Assembly (NCBI GenBank): GCA_049889275.1
Contig: JBMHDS010000078.1
Location: 25,159-89,158 of the forward strand
DNA from: Bradymonadia bacterium
Lineage (GTDB): Bacteria; Myxococcota_A; Bradymonadia; UBA7976; UBA1532
Reading direction: 5' to 3'
DNA: 64,000 bases
Part shown: piece by piece, positions 28,127 to 37,271 of the stretch
Position numbering within the stretch: the stretch's first letter is position 1
How the letters are laid out: each line of letters opens with the position of its first letter
Translations under genes and position numbers: made by a program
Notes under the pieces: model-generated
What the model was told of the DNA's origin: nothing
Database searches by the model: none
What the model saw: only the letters and a program-made list of their open reading frames with translations

Positions 28127-29657
28127 GGGTAAAAACCAACCTAGCAATCCTGACCAAGATACCCGGAATGATGCCGCTGTAGCGGGCCGGGGATTCTTAC
28201 TGATTACCGGCGCCAAGCTATGGTTCATGGTTGGCGGCGCGCTCATTACCTTTGGATTACCTTACATCTTTGAAAAGTTTAGTGGCGACGGCCGTGCGCT
28301 CTATGGACAGTACTACGACCTCAACAACATTCTCAGTATTTTTAGCATGGTCATGGTCACGGGCGTTATGCAGTCCGTTTCGAGATTCGTCGCAGAATCC
28401 CCCAACCAAGCAGGCGGATTGGTTTCCCAAGCACGCAAAATGATGCTGATTATCGGTGGCCTGATTGGATTTGGCTTCTTTGTGAGTGGCGATTGGCTTG
28501 CTGCCTCAAGAGGTAATCCCGACCTTGGGCACGGTTATCGTGCTGCCGGCGTGATCCTTTTTTGCTACGGGATTTACACAGTCTACATAGGCACCCTCAA
28601 TGGACAAAAGCGGTTTCTCAACCAAGCCATGTTCGACATTGGTTTCACGACCATCAAGGCGTCACTGGTTCTTGGCTTAGCCGCCGCCGGTTTAGGTGTA
28701 CTTGGCGCATTTTATGGATTTGCTGGCGCAGCGGTGATCATCACCATCATGGGCGTTGTTTATGTCTCTCGGGGTTTGGAGGCTGGTCCGCCGAACCCAA
28801 AGCTCTATCAGTTTGCTGCTAAAGTCATGCTGTATACCTTGATCTTCAATCTGATCTTCAAGCTCGATGCGCTTTTCTTGAAGCCCTTAGCTACAACATT
28901 GTTCGGCGATGGAGATGGAATTATGGCGGACTACGGCATGGCGGTGAATGTCAGTCGACTGCCATGGCAAGCCACAATCGCGATCACCTTCGTTATATTT
29001 CCAATGATGAGTGAGGCAACATTTAGCGATGATTTGAACCGGGCTCGATTATACATTCGGCAAACGCTCAGGTACTCGACAATCCTTGTGGGCTCGGCTG
29101 TCGTTGTGCTCGTTGCCTTACCCGACACGATATTCTCAATTCTTCCTGCGGGTTATGAATCTGGGGCAAAGGCGCTTGTGTGGCTCGCACCCGCCTATTT
29201 TTGTTTTAGCTTGTTCAACATTGTGAACACGCTATTGATGTCGTCTGATCGAGCTGGGCAAGCGTTATTCGTAGGCTGTCTTACCATCGGACTGACGGTG
29301 CTCTATTTTGTCGTGTTGGGCCAGGTGGGCGCTGAGTTCATTAGCAGTCGAGACGAGCTCATCGAGTTCGCCGCAATGGGCACATTCGCTACGTTTACAA
29401 TCGGGCTCGTGTTTGGACTCGTGGCTCTGGCGCGCCGTTTCGGATCACCGATGCCGATGCTGACCGTGATTCGCGTCTTAGCTGTGGGAGCGCTCATCAC
29501 AGTCCTTGGCAGGCAACTACCAGAGGTGGGTAAATTGGTGGGCGTGATCGCATCTGGAATCGCAGGGGTCGCCTTTTTATTAGGCCTGCTGCTCGCTGGT
29601 GAGTTTAACGCCGAAGACCGCAGACGCTTTACGAAGGTTTTTGTGAGGAAGAAGTGA
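28125..29657 (+). CDS. MOP-superfamily (Wzx/MurJ-like) oligosaccharide/lipid flippase
   Basis: About 14 hydrophobic segments. The start is moved to ATG 28125 (MGKNQPS...) because the upstream part of the track ORF is antisense to the phosphoesterase gene and non-membrane-like. Confidence 0.55.
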   Translation: MGKNQPSNPDQDTRNDAAVAGRGFLLITGAKLWFMVGGALITFGLPYIFEKFSGDGRALYGQYYDLNNILSIFSMVMVTGVMQSVSRFVAESPNQAGGLVSQARKMMLIIGGLIGFGFFVSGDWLAASRGNPDLGHGYRAAGVILFCYGIYTVYIGTLNGQKRFLNQAMFDIGFTTIKASLVLGLAAAGLGVLGAFYGFAGAAVIITIMGVVYVSRGLEAGPPNPKLYQFAAKVMLYTLIFNLIFKLDALFLKPLATTLFGDGDGIMADYGMAVNVSRLPWQATIAITFVIFPMMSEATFSDDLNRARLYIRQTLRYSTILVGSAVVVLVALPDTIFSILPAGYESGAKALVWLAPAYFCFSLFNIVNTLLMSSDRAGQALFVGCLTIGLTVLYFVVLGQVGAEFISSRDELIEFAAMGTFATFTIGLVFGLVALARRFGSPMPMLTVIRVLAVGALITVLGRQLPEVGKLVGVIASGIAGVAFLLGLLLAGEFNAEDRRRFTKVFVRKK

Positions 29658-30154
29658 ACGAGACAATACCTCAACGACGAATCACGACGACACGAGTCCA
29701 CTGCATCGCCGTCGCCATCGCCCTGCTTATGTCACTTGCAGGATGCGGGACCCCGAATCGGATGACGCACCTGAAAGACACACTGCGTACCTTTAATCAG
29801 CAGGTGCGTTGGGGTATGTGGCCTGCGGCGTCGGCCCATGTGGGCCCAAAGATGCGGGAGATGTGGCTCGCGAGCAGATTGAGCAACGCGGCTGGCTTGA
29901 AAATCAGCGATGTTAAGTTGGTCCGCGTGACCAGTGATGGCCCACGGGCCACTCAGGCAGAGGTGCTCGTCTCACTGACCTGGTACCGAGTCGATGACAT
30001 GACCCTTCAAGCGGCTACATGGAAACAGGATTGGGAACACAGCCGTGCAGGATGGTCATTGGTGGGTGAGGAGCGCCTCGTCAGCAACCCAAATGTGGTG
30101 AAGCCCATTCAGAAGGACGGTAAGCAGCCGCCGGGTACGACCAACTGGCCTTGA
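29654..30154 (+). CDS. Hypothetical lipoprotein
   Basis: The GTG start overlaps the flippase stop (GTGA). Lipobox LMSLAGCGT. Confidence 0.5.
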   Translation: MNETIPQRRITTTRVHCIAVAIALLMSLAGCGTPNRMTHLKDTLRTFNQQVRWGMWPAASAHVGPKMREMWLASRLSNAAGLKISDVKLVRVTSDGPRATQAEVLVSLTWYRVDDMTLQAATWKQDWEHSRAGWSLVGEERLVSNPNVVKPIQKDGKQPPGTTNWP

Positions 30155-30190
30155 GGCCGCCCTCGTTAGAGCGGCTCCTTCAGTGACGAG

Positions 30191-30673
30191 CTAGAATGGG
30201 ATGGGGTCATCACCGTCTGAGCCATCACCGCCTTGAGGACCGCTGGGAGATGGCGATGACGTGGACGCGCCCCCGCCCCAGCCTCCGCCTTGACCGCCAC
30301 CTTGATTCTGACCACCGCTCCAGCCGCCGCCGCCGCTGTCGTCACGACCGCTCAGAAAAACGACGTTATTCGCTACGACGTCCCAGGCGCGCCGATTCAC
30401 ACCTTCACGATCGGTGTACTCGCGGCTCTGCAGGCGACCCTCAAGATACACCTTGCGGCCCTTCGCCAGATATTGACCACAAATTTCAGCCTGCTTTCCC
30501 CATACCGTGACGCTGTGCCACTCGGTTCTCTCTTGGCGATTGCCATCGCGGTCATTCCAGTTCTCTGACGTCGCGATTCGAAGATTACAGACCGCTTGTC
30601 CGCCCTGTGTGTAACGAATCTCGGGGTCTGCACCAAGATTCCCGACCAGAATGACCTTATTTACGCTCGACAT
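30191..30673 (-). CDS. ssb: Single-stranded DNA-binding protein
   Basis: [25 protein letters not shown]...[14 protein letters not shown] forms the OB fold, followed by a Gly-rich tail ending DDPIPF. The start is moved to ATG 30673. Confidence 0.9.
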   Translation of the reverse strand: MSSVNKVILVGNLGADPEIRYTQGGQAVCNLRIATSENWNDRDGNRQERTEWHSVTVWGKQAEICGQYLAKGRKVYLEGRLQSREYTDREGVNRRAWDVVANNVVFLSGRDDSGGGGWSGGQNQGGGQGGGWGGGASTSSPSPSGPQGGDGSDGDDPIPF

Positions 30674-30888
30674 GTGTCTGTCCTTTATTGTCCTGAGATA
30701 GGCTGCACATCTGCCGCCATTGATTAGCATCTTCGCTGCGCAGCATTTCAACTCCGCGGCTGAGTGTCAATCGACCAATTGTAAGCCGTGTTGCGCATTT
30801 TGAGCTTTTTGAAAAAAAATTTCAGAACCAGGCGAAGAAGCGGCGGTTTGCATTGCATTATGCGCTCATTTGCGATTTTTTCGTCTCC

Positions 30889-32151
30889 ATGACCAATGAA
30901 GAGCCAAATCGACTGACCGAACATAACATTCGTCACAAGAAGATCGATAAAGACGCCTTACGGGTGCTTCGGCGGCTGCACGATTATGGCTTTTATGCCT
31001 ATCTGGTCGGTGGCAGCGTCCGGGATCTACTCATCGGCAGAAAGCCTAAAGACTTTGACGTGGTCACATCGGCTCAGCCGCGAGAGATCAAGCGACTGTT
31101 TCGGCGTTGCCGACTCATCGGCCGTCGTTTCAGACTTGCCCATATTATGGGGGAGCAGGGAAAAATCATCGAAACGGCGACCTTCCGTGCCAAGCCAAAG
31201 AATATCGAGCGCGGGCAGATTATCTTCGACGACAATCAATTTGGTACACCACGTTCCGACGCATTGAGACGAGATTTCACAGTTAATGCGCTATTTTATG
31301 ATGCTGACAGGGATGAAGTCATCGACTACGTCGATGGCCTCGCTGATCTCGAGGCCCGCATTCTGCGTACCATCGGTGATCCGGTCACTCGGTTTCGCGA
31401 GGATCCTGTGCGTATGTTGCGAGCGATTAAGTTCTCGGCGCGACTCGGGTTCTCGATCGAAGGGCAGACGCGCGCTGCGATATTGAGCGAGCGTGCTGAG
31501 ATTGGCAAAGCCGCGCTGCCAAGGTTATACGAAGAGCTGGTGCGACTTGCGGGTGGCGGTGCTTGTGAGGCGTCGATCCAGCTCATGCAAGACCTACGTC
31601 TTCTGGAGATCTTGATACCGGAACTCGCCGCTGCTCTGACACTGGCCGACTCGAGCGGATATCAACAAGCGGCCAAACTGTTTAGCGCGCTCGATAATTA
31701 TGTACACAATGGTCACACCACTCAGAATGGCGTCTTGCTCGCAGTGCTCATGTGGCCCGTGATCGAGTCGGTGATAAACAGTCTCGCGGAACCTGTAAAA
31801 CCTGGCCGGCTGAGGCCACTCGTGGAAGAACTGACCCGACCGATCGCCATCCGAGTCTGTATTCCCAGACGCGTCATGGAGACAACCGTCATACTGCTGA
31901 CAACACAGCTTCGTGCAGACCGGATGTTCGCCAAAGAGCAAAGTCGGGAAGCGCTCGCTCGAAGCCCTCATTATGGGAGCACGCTTGAGTTTGCGCGTTT
32001 GCGGGCTCATGCCGGTCAGCTGTCGCCTGAATTGGTGTCACAGTGGCAACGACTAGAACAGCAATGGCCACCGGATTTAGAGGCTGGCAACAGTCGGTCG
32101 AATAGAAGAAAAGGTGGCCATCGGCGAGGCCGACGTCAGCGACGTCAGTAG
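30889..32151 (+). CDS. pcnB: Poly(A) polymerase I
   Basis: AYLVGGSVRDLLIGRKPKDFDVVT, RLFRRCRLIGRRFRLAHI and RRDFTVNALFYD closely match PcnB. The C-terminal tail is basic. The start is ATG 30889 or TTG 30853. Confidence 0.8.
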   Translation: MTNEEPNRLTEHNIRHKKIDKDALRVLRRLHDYGFYAYLVGGSVRDLLIGRKPKDFDVVTSAQPREIKRLFRRCRLIGRRFRLAHIMGEQGKIIETATFRAKPKNIERGQIIFDDNQFGTPRSDALRRDFTVNALFYDADRDEVIDYVDGLADLEARILRTIGDPVTRFREDPVRMLRAIKFSARLGFSIEGQTRAAILSERAEIGKAALPRLYEELVRLAGGGACEASIQLMQDLRLLEILIPELAAALTLADSSGYQQAAKLFSALDNYVHNGHTTQNGVLLAVLMWPVIESVINSLAEPVKPGRLRPLVEELTRPIAIRVCIPRRVMETTVILLTTQLRADRMFAKEQSREALARSPHYGSTLEFARLRAHAGQLSPELVSQWQRLEQQWPPDLEAGNSRSNRRKGGHRRGRRQRRQ

Positions 32152-32162
32152 CACAAATCAGA

Positions 32163-33578
32163 CTACTGGCCGCCCAGTAATTTGATCGCGTTTGAGCGTG
32201 ACAAATTGTTCGCTTGGCCCAATACAGCGATCTGCGCTTGTTCAAGAATCTGTCTTCGCAGCAACTCAGAGGCCTCACTTGCAAAGTCCGTGTCGCGAAT
32301 CCGGCTGTTGGCCTCTTGCAAGTTGATTGAGCTGGTCGAGAGGTTGTTGATTGTCGACTCTAAGCGATTTTGCGTGGCCCCAAAACGAGAGCGACTACGC
32401 CCGACTTGCTCGAGAGCTCGGTCGATGGTCTCGATGGCTTGGTTCGCCCCTGCCTGTGTCGTCACATCGACCTCGCTGAGCGCGCTCGACGGCGCGTTGG
32501 AGACAGGTCCTGAAGCTAAACCGGCGTCGGCAGGATCGGTACCACCAACCGTAAATTGGCCTTCGCCCGTTAGAGTGACAGAGCCACTCGTTACGCCATC
32601 GCTGAGTCCGGTGACCACGTCAGCATTGCCGGTTGTCTCTATTTCGATGTTACGACCATCCTGAGCTGTCAGCGCGATGGCCCCGTTCTCGTCACGCGCA
32701 GCGGTCACACCAGTGATATCAGCCTGAGCATTGATCGCCGAGATCAGCGATGAGCCAGCATCATCGGATTGCACCTCAATCCCTGCGATGGCTGTCCCAT
32801 TGATCCGGAGGAGATTGTTTGAGTCGAGGCCACCGCCGGCCACAGCACCACCGGACACAGTGGTTGGATTGACGCTTGCGCTCACACCCGTAGTGTCTGT
32901 GGCATCGTTAATCGCTGCCGCCAACGCGATCGCACTGCCCTCGGCCTGGGCCGTGGAGACGCTATCGTCGCTGGCTTGCGTCGCTCGAATATCCACACCA
33001 TTGACCGATAGTTCACCGGCCTGCAAACCGCTTGGGTCAATGTTGCCAGTCGTCACGGTCGGTGCGGAACCCAGTTGCTGAGTGCGTACGTCTGCGGTGG
33101 GTAGGTCAACAACTTCATCGGCTCCGGCGCCAACCTGGAGTGAGAAATTATCCGCACCACCATTCAGGAGCTGACGTCCATTGAAAGTCGTTCTTTCACC
33201 AATGGTGCCTATCTCGTCTGTGAGCTGGTCGATTTCAGCCTGAATTGACCTGCGGTCAGCACTGTTGAGGGTACCATTCGCCGCTTGAACAGACAGTTCA
33301 CGCATTCTCTGTAGATTTGAAGTGACACTGCCAAGCGCTGAGTCCGCTGTCTGCGTTGCGGAGATGCCATCGCCTGCGTTGCGGATCGCTTGTCCGATGC
33401 CCCTGATTTGGCTGTCCATCCGGCTGCTGATTGAGAGCCCTGCCGCGTCATCGCTTGCCCGGTTGATTCTCAATCCACTGCTCAACCTCTCAAAACTCTT
33501 GGAGAGCAAAAGCTTATTCAGATTGATGTTGCGTTGCGTCTGACGCGCACGGGATGTGTCGTTGACCCTGATACCCAT
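32163..33578 (-). CDS. fliC: Flagellin with two flagellin-IN motifs in the variable region
   Basis: The N-terminal is LSSGLRINRASDDAAGLSISSRM...LQRMRELSVQAANGT. The C-terminal is RSRFGATQNRLESTINNL...RIRDTDFASEASELLRRQILEQA. The central IN-like repeats are SVNGVDI...AINDATDTTGVSASV and RINGTAI...AINAQADITGVTAA. GGAGGG lies upstream of the ATG. Confidence 0.85.
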   Translation of the reverse strand: MGIRVNDTSRARQTQRNINLNKLLLSKSFERLSSGLRINRASDDAAGLSISSRMDSQIRGIGQAIRNAGDGISATQTADSALGSVTSNLQRMRELSVQAANGTLNSADRRSIQAEIDQLTDEIGTIGERTTFNGRQLLNGGADNFSLQVGAGADEVVDLPTADVRTQQLGSAPTVTTGNIDPSGLQAGELSVNGVDIRATQASDDSVSTAQAEGSAIALAAAINDATDTTGVSASVNPTTVSGGAVAGGGLDSNNLLRINGTAIAGIEVQSDDAGSSLISAINAQADITGVTAARDENGAIALTAQDGRNIEIETTGNADVVTGLSDGVTSGSVTLTGEGQFTVGGTDPADAGLASGPVSNAPSSALSEVDVTTQAGANQAIETIDRALEQVGRSRSRFGATQNRLESTINNLSTSSINLQEANSRIRDTDFASEASELLRRQILEQAQIAVLGQANNLSRSNAIKLLGGQ

Positions 33579-33611
33579 AAATCACCCTCCGTGGTGCGAC
33601 TCTTGGAAGTC

Positions 33612-33619
33612 TTATCGGG
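33612..33619 (-). promoter_or_regulatory. Possible sigma28-type -10 element (CCCGATAA) upstream of the flagellin gene
   Basis: The minus strand matches GCCGATAA at 7 of 8 positions, about 34 nt upstream of the ATG. No TAAA -35 sits at the expected 15-nt spacing. Confidence 0.2.
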
Positions 33620-33678
33620 GTCTATTATGGTGCTAAAAATCGAATTTCTCAAGCGTTGTTGCACTCGGAGTCGTTACG

Positions 33679-34395
33679 ATGAAGATTGAGCTACCCCTTA
33701 TCGAAGGGACCTTTATACGCCGTTACAAGCGTTTCTTAGCTGACATCTCGCTGCCCAATGGAGAAACCGTGACGGTTCACTGTCCAAACAGCGGCTCGAT
33801 GACAGGCTGCGCGATTCCAGGTGCACGAGCTTGGATCTCAGACTCCAACAATCCAAAACGCAAGCTGCGCTATACGTTGGAGATCATCGAAGATGAGGGC
33901 GTTTACATCTGCGTCAATACACACCGACCAAATGCGCTGGTAGAAGAGGCGATCGCGAAGTCGCAAGTCGAGTCGCTCGCTGGATATACGAATATCCGTC
34001 GCGAGGTCCGCTACGGTCATGAGAACTCCCGGATCGACCTGCTTCTGACCGAGGGGAAACGGCGATGCTATGTGGAAGTAAAGAACGTCACACTCCCTGG
34101 CGAGAACGGTCTTGTTCGCTTTCCAGATGCAGTCACAGCCCGAGGCACAAAGCATTTGCGTGAACTTCGCCAAATGGTCGAACAAGGGGAGCGAGCCGTA
34201 TTATTCTTCTGCGTATCGCGAGATGATGCGACAGCCTTCGAGCCAGCAGCTCACATTGATCCGCTTTACGCAAAGACACTGACGGAGGCGGTCGAAGCTG
34301 GTGTTGAGGTCATGGCGTATCGATTGGCATTTGATTTGCCAAACTTGTGGATAGAGAAATCTATCCCGGTGCACATTCCTGTGTTGGCGGCCTAA
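33679..34395 (+). CDS. sfsA: SfsA-family nuclease (sugar fermentation stimulation protein homologue)
   Basis: RYKRFLADI...VHCPNSGSM and YVEVKNVTL match the SfsA pattern. Length is 238 aa. Confidence 0.8.
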   Translation: MKIELPLIEGTFIRRYKRFLADISLPNGETVTVHCPNSGSMTGCAIPGARAWISDSNNPKRKLRYTLEIIEDEGVYICVNTHRPNALVEEAIAKSQVESLAGYTNIRREVRYGHENSRIDLLLTEGKRRCYVEVKNVTLPGENGLVRFPDAVTARGTKHLRELRQMVEQGERAVLFFCVSRDDATAFEPAAHIDPLYAKTLTEAVEAGVEVMAYRLAFDLPNLWIEKSIPVHIPVLAA

Positions 34396-34431
34396 ACTGA
34401 GCGCCTCCAGTCTGGACTTGTCATTTGAGCC

Positions 34432-35469
34432 ATGAACGGGCTATCTTGCCGCGCCTCAGCTAAGGATCATGTCGTGAAACTGTCCATCGTTGTTCCAGTA
34501 TACAATGAAGAAGAGAGCCTACCGCTCCTCATCCAAGAGATTCATCAGGCGATGGAGCCGACCGGCTCGAGCTACGAAGTGGTACTCGTCGACGATGGCT
34601 CAAAGGATGGCAGCTTCGAGCTGCTCAAAAAGATGGCTGCCGATGACCCTGCGTTGGTTGTCGTCAGCTTTCGTAGAAACTTCGGTCAAACTGCAGCGAT
34701 GCAAGCGGGGATTGACCAAGCGCGGGGTGAATTTGTCGCATTGATGGATGCAGACCTGCAAAACGACCCAGCAGACATCCCCGCAATGCTGGATAAATTG
34801 GCGGAAGGCTATGACTTGGTGGCGGGTTGGCGGGCTGATCGTAAAGATACCTTTATCAATCGGCGGCTACCCTCGATCATCGCCAACAAGCTCATCAGTG
34901 TGACCACGAAAGTTCATCTGCACGATTATGGCTGCACGCTCAAGGTGATGACGCGTGACGTCGCCAAGGCGCTGCGACTGTACGGAGAGATGCACCGGTT
35001 CATCCCAGCCATCGCCAACTGGTCAGGTGCGCGCATCTTTGAGATGAAGGTCAACCATAGGGCACGCCAATTCGGCGTGTCGAAGTACGGCATTAGCCGA
35101 ACCGTGAGGGTTCTGCTCGACCTGCTCGTTATTCTGTTCATTCAGGGTTTTTTGGTCAAACCCATGCAGGTTTTTGGTTTAGGTGGTCTACTCAGCGGTC
35201 TCGGCGGTTTTGGTATTTGTGCCTGGCTGGCTGTGGAGAAGATCGTATGGGGGACACCACTCGCGAGCCGACCCCTGTTGTTACTGGGCGTTCTGCTGAT
35301 CATTGTAGGTGTACAACTCTTGTCTTTCGGCTTACTGGCCGATCTGCTGACGCGGACCTACCATGAGTCTCAAGAAAAACGTACGTACACCGTCAGGCAC
35401 CGGATCGTGGGGACCGGTGCGGGTAGCCAACCAAGCCACGAAGTTGAGACAGCCACTCACCCTCGCTAA
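34432..35469 (+). CDS. GT2 polyprenol-phosphate glycosyltransferase (DPM1/ArnC/GtrB-like)
   Basis: LSIVVPVYNEEESL, VDDGSKDGS and MDADLQNDP motifs, with two C-terminal TM helices. The start could instead be GTG 34474. Confidence 0.75.
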   Translation: MNGLSCRASAKDHVVKLSIVVPVYNEEESLPLLIQEIHQAMEPTGSSYEVVLVDDGSKDGSFELLKKMAADDPALVVVSFRRNFGQTAAMQAGIDQARGEFVALMDADLQNDPADIPAMLDKLAEGYDLVAGWRADRKDTFINRRLPSIIANKLISVTTKVHLHDYGCTLKVMTRDVAKALRLYGEMHRFIPAIANWSGARIFEMKVNHRARQFGVSKYGISRTVRVLLDLLVILFIQGFLVKPMQVFGLGGLLSGLGGFGICAWLAVEKIVWGTPLASRPLLLLGVLLIIVGVQLLSFGLLADLLTRTYHESQEKRTYTVRHRIVGTGAGSQPSHEVETATHPR

Positions 35470-35501
35470 GCCTTGTGGTGGAATGTCGCCAAGACTTGGG
35501 C

Positions 35502-37109
35502 TCATCCACCCTTTTTTTTGCCGCTCGCGCTCTTCACTTTTGCGACATAGACCGAAAACCCTCTGGTCTTTAGGCCTTTGACGGGTTGGTATCGCTGTCT
35601 CAGCAATCGATTCAGGCCATTAAATTTTCGATAATTTTCGTTGTGGGATAGGACGATGAATTTGGGCTCGTCTCGTTTGAGCTGAGTAATCAGCTCCGGC
35701 CACGGACTTTTTGGGTCAAACGCTGTGTTCTTGGTCGCTCGCCGCCAGGTATTGGTCAATGTGGTGGTGAAAACGCCCAGCGATTTCGGGAAATCTGTCG
35801 CGATGGGTCGATTCGCGTGGAAATACACGGGCCAGGCCCATCGACCCCACACCCAAATCGAGTCGTCTGGTTTACTATGATTGCGAATGTGCCGTCCAAT
35901 TTTTTGGGCGACGGCATCACGTGGACTCTGGCGACGCTTACGAATCGTCTGAACCTGCTCTAAATCGTGCAGGACTGCAGGCATGAGAATGCCAATTGAA
36001 CCGAGCAACAGCGCTAGGCGCTTGAACTTATGCACAGGTTGACGCCAAGTCTCCGCTGTAAACCAATGGCCTATATATCCATTCGGGTGAACTGCGATGA
36101 GCAGCAATGCAGGTAAGACTTGAAGGTAATAGCCTTTGAAGAATCGTAATCCAAGCGCGGCACCAACAAAGCTTAAGAGAAAGAAGGCGGCCAGAAATAT
36201 GCCTCTGGCAGTCCATTGGGTACCTACAGTGAGAAGACGAGATGCGGTCAGCACTGCGAGCAGCGCCGGCGTTGCCACATACATCGCAAACCCGATGAAG
36301 CCATCTCCAATGCGCAGAAATCGAGCGCTCCAACTGACTTGCCCCTGGACGTATTTCCAACCGCTCTCAGAGAAGAAATACGCACCCACAAACTGACCGA
36401 GCGCCCCCTGTGAGGCATACCAAATCAAGATGGGCGCAAAGCCTATAGCGAGCCCACCCATAAAGGCGCCGAGTGCTTTTTTCGGCCTCGCGATCCCTGC
36501 CCAACCGTTGGGCCATGAGGCAAACTGAGAAATAAACGGCAGACAAACGAGCAAAGGAAAGATCAAGGCGGCCTGACGTTTGAGCAAGCCAGCGAGCGCG
36601 AGCGTAAAGCCCGCAACCAAAAACCAGCGGAGGCGCCCACTCTTGACCCCGTTGAGAGCAAAGACCGTCGCCCATAGATAAGGGCCGATCATCCATGCGC
36701 CATAATTTGCGTCGATGCTGTCGGTGATCGGCGACAAAACACAATACAACCCTGCCGACATCAAGCCTGCATTGCGACCGTATAAGAGGGCGCCAAGCGC
36801 AAACATACCCAGCATACTGAGGCAGCTCATAAACAGCGCGAATGATTGCAGGGTATGCATCGAGCGCCCAAACCATTGCCAAACCGAGGCTGTGACGTAA
36901 AAGGAGCCCGGTGCCTTGTATTCCAGGTTGTCCACCAGGGGCAGTTCGCCGCGTAGGAGTAAGTCTGCGTTGAGAGTAATGCCAGCGACGTCTTCGTTAT
37001 GAAACCCCACGTTTTCGAGGGCCGGTGCTCTCAACCACAGACTACAGGCCAATAGGGCCGCGAAGCCGCAGACCGGAACGACATAGTGAGAATAGGAAGA
37101 ACGCTGCAT
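35502..37109 (-). CDS. ArnT/PMT-like (GT39/GT83-type) polytopic glycosyltransferase
   Basis: At least 11 hydrophobic segments. The first-loop acidic motif FHNEDVAG...YKAPGSFY and a soluble C-terminal domain give an architecture typical of lipid-linked-sugar-dependent periplasmic glycosyltransferases. Confidence 0.55.
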   Translation of the reverse strand: MQRSSYSHYVVPVCGFAALLACSLWLRAPALENVGFHNEDVAGITLNADLLLRGELPLVDNLEYKAPGSFYVTASVWQWFGRSMHTLQSFALFMSCLSMLGMFALGALLYGRNAGLMSAGLYCVLSPITDSIDANYGAWMIGPYLWATVFALNGVKSGRLRWFLVAGFTLALAGLLKRQAALIFPLLVCLPFISQFASWPNGWAGIARPKKALGAFMGGLAIGFAPILIWYASQGALGQFVGAYFFSESGWKYVQGQVSWSARFLRIGDGFIGFAMYVATPALLAVLTASRLLTVGTQWTARGIFLAAFFLLSFVGAALGLRFFKGYYLQVLPALLLIAVHPNGYIGHWFTAETWRQPVHKFKRLALLLGSIGILMPAVLHDLEQVQTIRKRRQSPRDAVAQKIGRHIRNHSKPDDSIWVWGRWAWPVYFHANRPIATDFPKSLGVFTTTLTNTWRRATKNTAFDPKSPWPELITQLKRDEPKFIVLSHNENYRKFNGLNRLLRQRYQPVKGLKTRGFSVYVAKVKSASGKKKGG

Positions 37110-37271
37110 AGGGGGTCACCTACGCGCAGCAGGACCTGACTGTCAAGTCTTAGCCGCCCTCAGAAGCGCGATACAATTGTGACGCGAACAAAAACTAGAA
37201 GATGCAATGATGCGCATGGATGAGCTAACCTGTGCTCAGCTTAATCACTGAAGCGTAGTCAACGAAAAATC

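Noticed and set aside
30674-30888. An SOS (LexA) box upstream of ssb.
   Set aside because: I saw no match to the Myxococcus-type (CTRHAMRYBYGTTCAGS), Geobacter-type or Bdellovibrio-type LexA motifs.
33612-33650. A full sigma28 promoter for the flagellin gene.
   Set aside because: Only the -10-like CCCGATAA is present. The position 15 nt upstream reads TTTT rather than TAAA, so it is kept only as a low-confidence element.
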